Assembly: GCA_015680685.1 (NCBI GenBank)
Contig: MNCI01001685.1
Location: 1-64,000, forward strand
Source of the DNA: Gnetum montanum
Lineage: Eukaryota > Plantae > Gnetophyta
Direction: 5' to 3'
Length of the DNA stretch: 64,000 bases
Below the pieces are notes generated by a model. The model was given only the letters and a program-made list of their open reading frames with translations, was not told where the DNA came from and did no database searches. Both the position numbers and the translations under genes were made by a program. Below are positions 13,178 through 25,256 of the stretch, one piece after another. The number at the start of each line of letters is the position of its first letter. Positions within the stretch are counted from its first letter, which is position 1.

Positions 13178-15045
13178 ATGTCTCTCCTACAAGACTATAA
13201 TAATGCCACATCTAGTGAGGTAGTTCATTAGAGAACCAACGAATATTATGACAATGAAGATTGGAGTACACAACCTGAGGTGGGGGTTTCTTATAAACAT
13301 AAACGAAGAAAACATCATCTCAACACACAAAAGCATAACTTACCCGATGACGATGAACCCCTATTGGCCACTACAAGCTTAAAGGAAATACAAGAGGCTA
13401 TTTGAATAGTCTGCAGGCATTGTAAGGAAAGTTTTCTACCTGTGCTTGATTTAAACAACTTTTCCAAGTTTTCAGGAGGTTATGATTCAGATCCGCAACA
13501 ACATTTACAAGCCTTCTACGATGCCTGTAATTGGAACAATATTGATAATGGGTGGAAAAAACTTAAGCTCTTTCCTCTGACACTCATTGGCCAAGCAAAA
13601 GTATGGTATAGGTCATTAAAATCAAAATCAATTTGACATTGGCCGACAATGGTAGAACTTTTCAATGAAAGATATCAAACCTATGCAAGAGTGTCAGCCT
13701 TGAGGAGACAAATCCAAGAATGGAAACAAGCACAACATGAACCCTTGGACATGGCCTTAGAAATATATTATGCACTATTAAACAACTGCCCAGGCCATGG
13801 GTTCTCAGAGGAGAGGCTAATGTACCATATCATAGATGGGCTCCGTAATGAAACAAGGGAGATCCTAGGGATGTACACCTAAGGTCAACTATATGAGCTA
13901 CGAACCCATCAACTCTAAGAGCTTATTAAGTGGATAGCAAAAGAAGAAGGAGAAATAACCAAATGGGAGAATGTTGAAAGTTCTCAACAGGACCAAAATC
14001 TTAACTTAACAAGGGTCCATGATCATGAAGAGGAGAAATCAACTCACTTCAAGGAGGTGGAATCATATTTGCCAATCCTACAATCACTAGATGAAATTGA
14101 GGCAAAGATCAATAAGATGACAAACTGGGTACATGAAAGATGTGGAGAATATGCCAACATTATTAAAGGAAAGCTATGCCAAATCGAGAAATAGGACAAG
14201 ACACCACGTGACAATCGAAATAAAGGGTAGAAGATAATAAGGATAGGAACTCAACTGCCAATCATATGTATCAGTGTAATATTTGCTTATATGATCACCC
14301 CAAAGTTCAATGTCCAATCTTCTCACATTTACATGAGCATTAGGGAGGAATGTTACATCCAGAGTTCATACAAAAATACTGTGTCCAATCATAGTGGCAA
14401 AAACCTCAGTCATGGGGGAGGCCACCACCAACTGGACCATACCCTTCGGATGTCCCAACGTCAAATGTTTATTATGTTCAACACCCTGTTTCTCCAACAA
14501 GATCAGCATCCTCTACCTCACCTCATCGTTATCATTCTCCCGAGTAGTATCCACCCATGTCCTCTCCAACAAGATCACCACCTCATGTGCCTTACACTTC
14601 TCCTTGACCTCAACATTCTCATACTTCATCCCCTTCTACATCACCGCCAGCTATGCTAGAAGATTTTGCACCACAGCACCAACCTGCAAATGTTACTTGT
14701 GCTGCTACTATCAACAACAGTGGAGGTCCTTCACAACATTGAAGGCGTCCCTTCTTTAGATGTGACCGTTGAAAGGGACACCACAATTTAGAAACCACTG
14801 CACCCGCCAACTCAGCACAAATCCAACACTGTGGTGCATCTTCTTCTTCGAACCCAACACCTCATGTTACCTTATCAAGGCCATCACTCAATACTCCAAC
14901 AACCATGGGGCCTAATGCATATTACCACATGGGGAGACATGTTGATCCTTGCATACCATCTTATGGTCACAAATACCATAGTGGGTCAACTCCTTATAAA
15001 TTAACCACATCTTATAACTTGCCCCACTATGTCAACTCTAATTAA
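13178..15045 (+). pseudogene. gag: gag of element B (~620 codons, several stops and one frameshift near 14170)
   Basis: Retrotransposon gag core FSGGYDSDPQQHLQAFYDAC...LKLFPLTLIGQAKVWYRSL...W; zinc knuckle CNICLYDHPKVQC at 14275. No protease, RT or integrase follows. Confidence 0.85.
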
Positions 15046-16445
15046 GTGTGTGAACCCCAATGGGGTAAGTATGACCAGGTCCCAATATTTCCAACATGCA
15101 AGGATCCCCACCTTCCATTTATTAATTCTAGCCATGCTCAACCATTTAGTTATGGGGGGTATCCTCCATTCTAACAACACAAAATTAATAAATATTTTTC
15201 TGTTTCTTTAATTTTTCAACTTTTTGTTTTCCAGTTTTTCATCCTTTTAATTTATTGTTTTATCTTTTTGTTGTTTTATCTTTTTATGAGTAATCTCATC
15301 CTTGAATAAAATATTCATGTGGCTCGTTGGTTGGGGTGTTATTCTATGCTATCAAGTCTCAGTGATCAATTATTTGGACAGTGAGCCCATTACACCCACT
15401 CATCCATTCTACAAATAAGAGGTTCTATTCGAGGCTATAGTGATATTCTTAACATTCTTAAAACTTAAAATTAATTCTGTGTTCATTGTGCCCAAAGCAA
15501 AGAAGGATGGACTAAGAGGGAATGGCCAGGGTGTGACATCAAGGGGACTTGTGGATTCTCTTTGGTGTCATCTGTAGGTGCTACCATGCGGCTTGGTTGT
15601 ACTAAGATCCTTGTAGATATAATGAAAAATGGGAGTAAGAGTATTAACGGCACCCAAAAAAAAAGAGAGAAGAGAGAGAAAAGAGAGTGTGCCAAAGTGG
15701 CCAAAGAAAAAAAATAAAGAAATTCCAAGTCACTCCTCCCGTGCATAAAACGCCAAGTGATCGTATGCCTTGCTGTCATGGTGCTCTTATGGTTATCCAT
15801 CATTGGATGAAATGATGCGATGTCACTGATCAGAGGAATGGACTTGGTCCTGATCTTGGAACGACAGGTTAATGACACCTTAATCATGCTTTACACGTAG
15901 GATTCATTGTGCCCTAAGTTAGTTACCTCACGTCCCAATCTCTGCAATCCCTTCTCTAATTCATTCCATCTCGTTGTTCATGTATTTGTGACTCGTGTCT
16001 TGTATAGCATTGAATTCATACCTCATCATGGTGGTATTAACATGTGTGTGTTTTGTTGCATTAGTATAGATTACATTTAACCCTTCTAGTACCTACGAAC
16101 ATCTTAAGGTGTGGTTGCGCAAGGGCATATAGGTTGGAACCTACTTTGGGGAGGACCCACTTGCATGACTTTTGTAATTTGTACTTGTTGCACACCACCA
16201 CATCATCTTATACCCTTCGAGTATTTCATTAGCAAATCTATTCTTTCCTTTGTCATCATTTTATTAAACGTCCTTCAAAACCAGGTCCAACATTAAACTT
16301 TTAGGGCAACTTCCTTGAAAAATTTTTAACTCTAAAATCACACTAAATAAAGAATGTCACATTTATTAAAGGCAATGAGTAAGGTATGAAATAATTGAAA
16401 TTATGCCAATAACCTTACTCATAATTGATCTTTGTGTGATTATAG

Positions 16446-16881
16446 ATGGCCCCTAAAAGAAGACAACAAGGAGGACCTTCTCAAGGTGCAACCGAACGAC
16501 CTGGGGGAGGCAGAGGCCAAGGACCTCATGTAGAACATGTAGAGTAGAAGGAAATCATTCAACATCCATTATGAAACAGCTGTTACTGCATAATCTATCC
16601 AAGCAAAGGGAGGAGAGGTCAGGGCCCAAGCCTATGAAGAGGAATGACAGCTATTTGTGGCATGGCATGTCAAGGCCAATCAAGTGTTCTCGCAGTGGCC
16701 GTGTCCATGAAAAGTGCCGACTCCATCAATCATTGGAACATCGACATGAACTGCTCATAATCCTCAATTAAAAGAGGAGAAACATCAGGTGCTTCTTCAA
16801 TGGTATCAATCTCAGAAGCCTGATGCATAGGACAAAGGAAAGGCACCCATGGAGGAGCCACCACTACCGAGAACCCCATGA
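16446..16881 (+). pseudogene. Internally deleted ORF2 of element B
   Basis: MAPKRRQQGG start (homologous to element A at 3403) is fused at ~16620 to the C-terminal AQAYEEE...KGKAPMEEP segment (homologous to element A ~800-567). Confidence 0.75.
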
Positions 16882-18146
16882 GTTCCATAAGTTTTGTCTT
16901 TTGTGTTTGTGCCCAAATTTTGTTTAATGCTCCATTGCGGCATGAATAAATTTCTAGTTAGTCAATAATCCCATACCTATCCACTGTGTATTCAATTGAG
17001 CTTGTTCCTCACCTTCTTTAACTTGAGGACGATTTTTTACTCAATCGTGGGGGTATGATGAAGTATCATTAAGTCGATGTGTTGACAAGGCCACGTATAC
17101 GCGGGCCCATCGACGTAGCCTTCTTGCGTCAATGTGGCCCCATTTACGCAGTCGCCTATCTCGACCTATAAATAAGAGGGCCTTCTGCCTCATTGAGGCA
17201 TCTTTTTGAGTTAATTGTAGCTAGACTCTTGCAGTTTGTTTCCGTAGGAGTTAGATTATTTTCCCAAGTGCATGCCCACAGTGTGATGCTTGTAATTGTA
17301 TGGAACCTTTATTCAAGTGTGACGTACTTGGACATGCACATGATCGGAAATAAAGATCGAGATTACTTCATCATTACAACATTCACTTAGTTTTAATTAT
17401 TTAATTGTTATGATTAATTATTATTGTTATTTATTGTTTTCTTAGTTAATGTTTCTTTACCATCATTTACTATTCTCGTTGTTAACTGCGGAATGAGTAC
17501 GACTTAATCACGAGCATTTAAGTGTTACTGCTTGGTAACCCAGTAGTGTACCTAGGATCTATGCTTGGTAATCCTAGTAGTAGTCATGCACGAGGTCCAA
17601 GATGTGTACGGATGATTAAGGAATGGATGCTCATCGCACTTAGGTTAATTTAGACTTCATTTCCTATTACTCATTAGTTTAATCAATATTATTTTCCATT
17701 TTCTCTAGGAGTAGCACTAATTTAGGATCACATCATACACCTCACTCTGGACTAAACCATACGTGACAAAGCAAATACTATTCCAAGTGGGAAGATAGCG
17801 AACTACAATCGACATGTAACTATCTAGATACCACAACTAGCCTATTCACGGAGTTCGACCAGATCGTGCATGAACGCTCGTATTCGTATGGTTGAGTATA
17901 GGGGTACCTAACCACTCATCAATTAGTTTATGGACCTGGAAGTTTTATGAGGAATTAGATCATTATCCAAACATGGTATTAATGAGTGTCTTCTACATAC
18001 AATTAGAAATAAACATTAAGTGCAAAACAAAAAATAAAACTAACTAAAATTAATAAAGTTTTGGAGATGTTGGACCATTAAAGTAATAAAAGTTTGAAAT
18101 AAATCTAAGTATTGGAAAGGACCTATAGACTATTAGGTGATGAGTT

Positions 18147-19580
18147 TGTGACACTAGAAAACCTACTTACCCTCCTTCTAGTTTAAAATGTTCCTATAAA
18201 ATTATTCTTTTATAGGCTTGCAAGAACACCTCCATGAATTAGATGTTAAGTATCTAACTTATGATCACAAATGGCATTCAAATCAATATAACTCTTGCTA
18301 AATCAAAAATTATGACATAAAGAAATATGAACTTAGCCTACCATCCACAAATTAGGAATGGCAGGAGAAATGATGAAAAATGGTAAGTCTAAGTAATAGA
18401 ATTGATAATGTCCAATCAATGCAAATAAAAACTAAGAATGGGGATTATGCTTATGATGATTTAGAATAAAATGTAAATAATCAACAAGAGGACTAATAGG
18501 GGGAAATGGGTTTCAATATTCCCTTCTCAACAATCAAAATGATTTATTAATAAAACATGAAGTTTGCCTTCTATGGAGGGCCAAAATTATAAGAGGTGAT
18601 GAAAACCATATGGAAGATAAATGTGACAATAAAGGTTCAATTTACTAGCAAAGTAAGGGTTTTGATGATGAAATTTAACCGTTGATATATGTAGATATGG
18701 GTGAAGGAGTTGTAGACATCATCCAGAATCAATTTGAGGTCAAAACAGGGTCATTTTAGTGAACTATCTAGCAACTGACATTGGATCTAACAAAACCTAA
18801 CTCTAGTATAGGTGACACCAAGGCTACCCATGTGAGGCTATAGTTAATGCTAACATTGGCATCAGTGTCACCTTGTAAGTTGTTGAGAACTTAGATACTA
18901 GATGGATCTCATGGACTATTAGAAGGAACTGGAGTAATAGTGAAACATGTAGAAGGGGCTAGGAAAGTAGGCATTTATGCCCTTAGTCTCTCAAAATCCA
19001 AGAAAGTGCTTTGGCTCTTAAGAAATTGGCCTCTAATTTGGATTTCAATCTAATATTTATAGGCCTAGGTGTAGGAACACATGTGTTGTTGATGGATCAA
19101 AGATTATTTTCCTTTTGGAACAAGGACCAAAGGAAGTATGAAGATCCTTGCATGTTCATAACCATTATGAAAGAACTACATGGCCCTAATTCCTTTATGT
19201 GCTACATCACAAGGATATGTAGGCTTTTAGATGAGTTTTGGCTTCAATACTTAGACCACCATCCTTCTCTTTAAATCTAAGCTTGGGATTAGATGTGTTA
19301 GAGTAGCAATGTGTCTTAACTCTCCTAAAGGAATAATGTCTTATGTGTATGCTAGTGCTTTTGTATATTGCATTGGTTTGATTGCTTATATGATTATAAA
19401 GGCATCCTTATAATGCTCTTAACCTTGGACTAAGGTATGGCATGTGAGTTGTGTACTTATGTTGTGCTTTCAGGTTCTTAAGGATATTAAGGTGTAGTCC
19501 ACCTTGAGTTTACTCTAGAACATTTAACTACTTTGGAACTCTTGAGTAATGTTGAGCAGTGCTTTTTTAAAGTGGTGTCA
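18147..19580 (+). mobile_element. Probable solo LTR of a second Gypsy family
   Basis: TGTGACAC...GTGGTGTCA termini; 3' ~520 bp (19060-19580) is the reverse complement of 21765-22290. No convincing TSD, so the left boundary is uncertain. Confidence 0.5.
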
Positions 19581-19589
19581 TTGGCTAGG

Positions 19590-22500
19590 ATCATCAACTA
19601 TAAAGCATAAATATTAAACTTAACCTAACATTCAATCAAGGCATAAGAATGCTCATGAAACCCAGGTTAAGGAAGAAAAGACTTGTCCTTTGTCATGTAA
19701 ATAACACCAACCTTTCTACTTAGAGCAAGACTTGTTTAAAATGTAAATCATTTTCCTATACTTTGTAGTGATACAAATATGTAGTCTTCTAGAGGTACTC
19801 ATTTCTCTATCTTCAAACTTATGCTCCCTACAAAGAGTCATAATCTTATGATTCCTACTTAGAATCACAATCACAATCCTATGCTTCCTACTCAAAGTCA
19901 TAGTCACAATCCTATGCTTTCTACTCAAATTCAGAGTTACAATCTTGTGCTTTCTACTTGAAGACATAGTTAAGAGCATATACTCCCTTCTCAGAGTTAC
20001 CATCAAGAACATGTACTTCCTCCTCAAAGTCACTTTCCCAAACTCTCTCTTCCTATACATTCACATGTACATGCTCTCTCTCATCTTTTTTGGTCTTTTT
20101 TTCACTCACACTCCCCTTCACACACACTATTGCTTCAATCCAACTTAGAAGTGATAGCACAAGACTAGCCACATTCCATCCTCTTTAAAATAAATTGTCT
20201 TGGTAGAAATTTTTATTTTCCACCTTCATCAAGGTTATTAAGATAGAATCACATATCACATTCACTATGACAAAAAATAAAATATCTGACATTGGAACAA
20301 CCTTTATGAAGTCCTCCCATAAAATAAAACTCACTATTTTTCATAATGTTCATAGGTAACCAAAAGCACCATACCACATGGGTAGAAGATAATCTCACCA
20401 AGTTCTCCATCATGATAGATGTAAAACATAGAAGGAAGATGATAATTATATAGATTTATACACTATAGCCTCCACTTCTCTAAGAGCACTATCACATATC
20501 CCACTATTCACTAATTGCAAGTCATCAAATCAAGCATAAAAGTACTTGTATATTTGAGTATTCACAAGTTGACAACAAAGCATCATGTTGTTTTGCATAG
20601 GAATGAATTGCCATCCATACTCAAAAAAACTACTTCATGAACTAAAACAAATTCTCGATGAGGAAAATTTTAATAAGAGACCAAGACATTAAAACATCCA
20701 AGAACTTTCATGCTCAAAACACCATCCAAGAATAAGAACATGGGGGCACTCCACTCAAACATGAGATTGCAAATAGGATAATTTAATGCACTATTAATTT
20801 TCTTCTATGGATTATGAGTTGACTCATTAAGGCATCACTAGCAAAGGATCCTCAGATGAAAATCCAAGTGTAGCATCATATCAAGTGAATAAGAGCCATT
20901 ACATCATAACATCAAATTAGGGAGTCCTTAAGGCATCCAAATGAAAGAATCTTCTTAAGATTAATGGATTCAAGAACAGCCACCCCATGAGAGCAACATA
21001 TTACAATAAGAAATACTAATCACATATATTGTCTCATATATGATGTATAATGGAATCACCATTTAACTATCATATGGATCAACTAGTAGGAGAGAATGTG
21101 TTTTTCCTATAATTTTCCATAACATACTTAGGCACACACAACTATATTACTCAATTTAAAGATCATTGATAAAATTTCCTTGGGCACACCATGTGATTTC
21201 TTAGTACAAACTTTTGAGCTATAGCACAATTATGTGTTTTATGTAAGAGGTCACCCCAATAAGAAAATAACTATCTTTAATTAACTAATGCTTGAACTAC
21301 TTAACCATTTTTTCAAGTAGATAACATATGATTACATCACTTACATGTAACAACTATTCTTGTAACCAACAAACTTGACAATCACCCAAGTACCCTTTTG
21401 CTTAAGGTAGATAGCACATATGTATGTCATCTACTTTAGTAACTTGTTTGTATAATTAAATCCTCCACAAGGATAGGGTGAGGATCTCTTTACTTTTCTT
21501 TAGCTATCTCCTTTGAATTTCCACAACTTCATCCTCATACTCATTCATAGCATTGTACATCTCCTCATGCACATGGCTACCTTGCTTGTCATCTCCCACT
21601 AGTCCATTGTTGGGATTAGGATCAAGAGAAGCATTCAAAAGATTTTCATTTTCTTTGTTCTTCTTATGTACCACAGAAGTGCATAAACCATGAACCACAA
21701 ATCATGTTTATAAATCATGAACCAACACTAATCTCAAACTACAAATCATGGCCTTGATACCAAGTGTAACAACACTACTTTAGGAAAGCATTACTTGACA
21801 CCACCCAAGAGTCCCAAAGTAGTCAAATGTTCTAGAGTGGACTTAAGATGAACTATACCTCAATGTCCTCAAGAACCTACAAGCATAACATAAGTACATA
21901 ACTCACATATCACATGTTAGTCCAAGGTTAGGAGAGTTAAGGGAATACCTTTATAACCATATAAGTAACCAAACAAACGCAACATACATAACATAATCAA
22001 GAGCATTAGCATATACATAAGACATCATTTTCTTAAGAGAGCTAAGACACATTCATACTCTAATGCATCTAGACCTAAACCATACTTTGAAGAGAAGTAT
22101 AGTGGCTTGAGCATCGAAGTTAAAGCTCCTTTGCAAACCTACATATCATTGCGACACACACATAAAAGAATCAAAATCATGTAGTTCTTTGGTGAGGCAA
22201 CTTGTAAGAATCTCTATACTCCCCCTAGCTTTTGTTCAAGAATGGAAACAATCTTTGATCCATCAACAAAACATGTTTTCCTATACTAGGATTTTCAAAT
22301 TTAACCTCATGTACAGTGGAGTTAAACTAAAGTTTATTTTTGGAAAGTCAAAGTTCAGAAAAGCTAAGTTTTGTAGGTGATATGGAACGTTGATGCAGTG
22401 ACACTAACATTGACACTGATGCTAATGCAATAACATTGACATTTCCATAGTAATGCTAGCATTGACGTCATTGTTACCATCATCTTCTTAAAGTTAGAAT

Positions 22501-23577
22501 TTTCAGCATCCTCCAAGCTGACATCCCAAGATTTAGAATCCACTTTTGATGCCTAAACCAATGCCAAATTATGCCATGCCTATGGAATGCTAAGGAACTC
22601 ATGTAGTCAAAAGATAATAACAAATGCTAAACTTGGTTGTCTTGTTAATTATTAATGTTGTTGTCAACATCACCTAGTAACACTTAGTCTCAAATTTAGT
22701 TCTAACCTCTTAAACTACCTTCAAACTTACTGAATTTTCCATTTGATATCCTAGAAATGATGCCAATTGGTTGCCGAAGGATCCATGAAGTCAAAAATAA
22801 GATCAAAATGTTAGTTTCTAAACGAATGATAAGTGCTATGGATGAGACCAAGGCTAGTGACACTAATGCTGATCTCAAGTTTAGTTGACCATCCTTAGGA
22901 AAACTTCCCATGTTTCATGTGATGATGCAAATTTGACTAAGGTAAGTGATGATGACACTCATTTTGTATCACTTGGATGACACTTGAAAAAATTTTCATG
23001 TTTCATGTACTACCTGATATCTCTTGAAATTGATTTTACTAAGATAAGTAATGTTAACGCTTACATCACATCATCTAGATAGCACTTAGAAAAATTTTCT
23101 ATTGAAAAGTAGGCTTTTGAAGTATGCTAGAGAATTGAACAAGGCTGATAAAACTAACCAAACTTAGAAAAATATTTTGTCTCATATCTCCCAGCGTTTG
23201 CTAAAATTGCTTAAGTTTGATGCCTATCATCCCTAGATTAATGTAGACTAGTAGTTCAAGATCTAATGGAGTTGAAATTGAGGCCTAGAAGCAAGTTTAA
23301 GGATGGTGATGTAGAGGTGATGCAAAGGAGATGACATTAACATTGTGTCAACATCACTTATGGAACACTTATAATTTTTTACTTTTCAAACTTGCTAAGA
23401 TCCCCAAAATTCAAGCTCATACACTAGGTTATGAATCAAAATGGTCTCTAGAGACATTTGGGTGCCAAAAATATGTTTGGTGATGCTATTTTAGGGACTT
23501 TTTGATGCTCTAATTTGATATGAAATGTTGAAATTCCACTCATCTTGACAAGGGAGAATATCACAAAAGTGGTTACA
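19590..23577 (-). mobile_element. Truncated LTR retrotransposon: LTR 21765-23577, tRNA-Met PBS, decayed internal region
   Basis: Minus-strand TGTAAC...GTTACA termini; PBS TGGTATCAAGGCC at 21750-21762. Internal sequence too decayed to assign domains confidently. Confidence 0.6.
19835..20035. repeat. Degenerate 33-bp tandem repeat (~6 units)
   Basis: Units like CCTATGCTTCCTACTCAAAGTCATAGTCACAAT; the minus strand reads as an acidic 11-codon repeat. Confidence 0.7.
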
Positions 23578-23599
23578 ACAACTAATATTTTTTAAGGGA

Positions 23600-25250
23600 A
23601 TGATAATAAAAAGAGTATATTAATAAAAGCAAAAGGTACAATAAGTATTCAACAAGTGTGTTGGAAACCTTGGTGGGTTAAGGAAACATATAATAAAAAA
23701 TAAAAGATTATTAGTTTATGCTATTTGAAATGTTTTGATCTCTATGGGTATTAGGGTAATTTTTTTATCATAGGATATTTTCTAATAATGTTAATGCTTT
23801 TGTTACTAGTTACTAGTAGTTTTTGGCTATTGGTCGACATGCTTTTATGATTGATATGATATGCATAAACTCTAGTAGTGAATAGGTTAGGATTAATCTT
23901 AGGAATTAAAGTATAGTCCATTTGCTTATTTTCTCACCCCTTAGTACTATTTCATGCCAAGGGATTATTGTCATTATTTTGATTTCTATTTTATGTTATT
24001 CCTTGAGCCATTTGAATAATGTTTAAGAATTCCAGTTGTCGTACTCTTTTTGCTATTTTATTTAGCAATCTAGATTTTATTATGTAGCATAATGTCTTTC
24101 CCTTATGTAATACTTTACTAACCTGGGATAGATTAAAGGGTGTTATAGTGAATTTTCATAACTAAAGAATTCTCTTCTATCATCATGCTTTGATAGTATG
24201 TTAGATTTCAATTTACACCTCATGGACAAGTCTAATTCTTGAAAAAATTTGGAAGATATAATGCAAGCTTAGTAAATATTGGAATTATAATCATACTATA
24301 GTTTCAGAAGATATGTTTAAGCAAATTAGCCCATGGTGGTTTCCTTTTAATAAAGGAGCTTGGGCTACTAATGCATCTAGATTATGTACCACTTGGAGCA
24401 AATTTAGTATCATTACAATTTCTTGTCTACGTCTGCATGATAGATGGATTACTTAGAATGAAGCTTCCAACCTTTGTGGTTTGAATAGAAAGAGAAAAAA
24501 GAATTTTAAAAATTTAATTTCTAATCTTGAGATTATTTAAAGTTGATAACAAATTAGATCAAGCTTTTCCAAATATTTTTTAGAAGAATAGCAAATTTGT
24601 TTTTCCTTTTAATTTGAAAGTTATATATGAGATTATTACAAAGAATGTTTTTATTCATAACAAATTCAATAAGGCTTGAAAAATGCAATTATCATCACAC
24701 TTTTGGATGAGGAAAATGAAAGATATTTGGAGAGCTTCTGCATTTCCAAAAATTCGTATTTTTTATGGTGTCTTATTCATCAAGATCTTCCTATTAGGCA
24801 CTCATCTTAAACATATTAGCAATGTTTCTCCTTAATGCCCTCTTTGTAGAAGTGAAGATTCATTTTTTCAAAATTTTTTTGAGTGTCTAGTTGCTTACTA
24901 TGCTTAGAAATGGACATCCAAAATTTGTAACAACTTTTAACTAAGCATCCATGAAGTCATTCTAAGTGATTAGCCTACTTTGTCTACTTCATTTCTTTGG
25001 ATTTGAAAATGCCTTTGACTATTTGTTTTCTCCTCTATTTGGAAGCTTTAGTGAGTAGTTATTCTCTAGTATTAAGGGCATAACTGTGAACTCCCTTTAT
25101 GATTCAAATACCAAATTCTCAAAGATGTTGCTTTTCAACTACAACTTCAAGCAAAAAAGCTTATAGTAAAACTTAAGCAATTAATTTGTTTTCTACAATA
25201 TTAATTTCTTTTTACTTTGAAGTCTTAAAGATGGGAAGCTTTCAATTTTT
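23600..25250 (+). mobile_element. Decayed L1-type LINE, 3' part of ORF2 (RT end plus zf-RVT)
   Basis: IWRASAFPKIRIF(L)WCLIHQDLPI...CPLCRSEDSFFQNFFEC at 24725-24890 is a zf-RVT pattern; degenerate FADD (FSNNVNAFV) near 23778. Confidence 0.7.
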
Positions 25251-25256
25251 GTTGTT

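Larger units (their letters stand above)
12159..17921 (+). mobile_element. Structurally complete non-autonomous Athila-like LTR retrotransposon (element B, 5763 bp)
   Basis: LTRs 12159-13038 (880 bp) and 17056-17921 (866 bp), TG...CA, differing mostly by transitions plus a 14-bp indel. TSD ATTAG (12154-12158, 17922-17926). PBS TGGCACCGTTGCCGGGGA at 13040 (tRNA-Asp type); PPT GTGGGGGTA before the 3' LTR. Confidence 0.95.
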
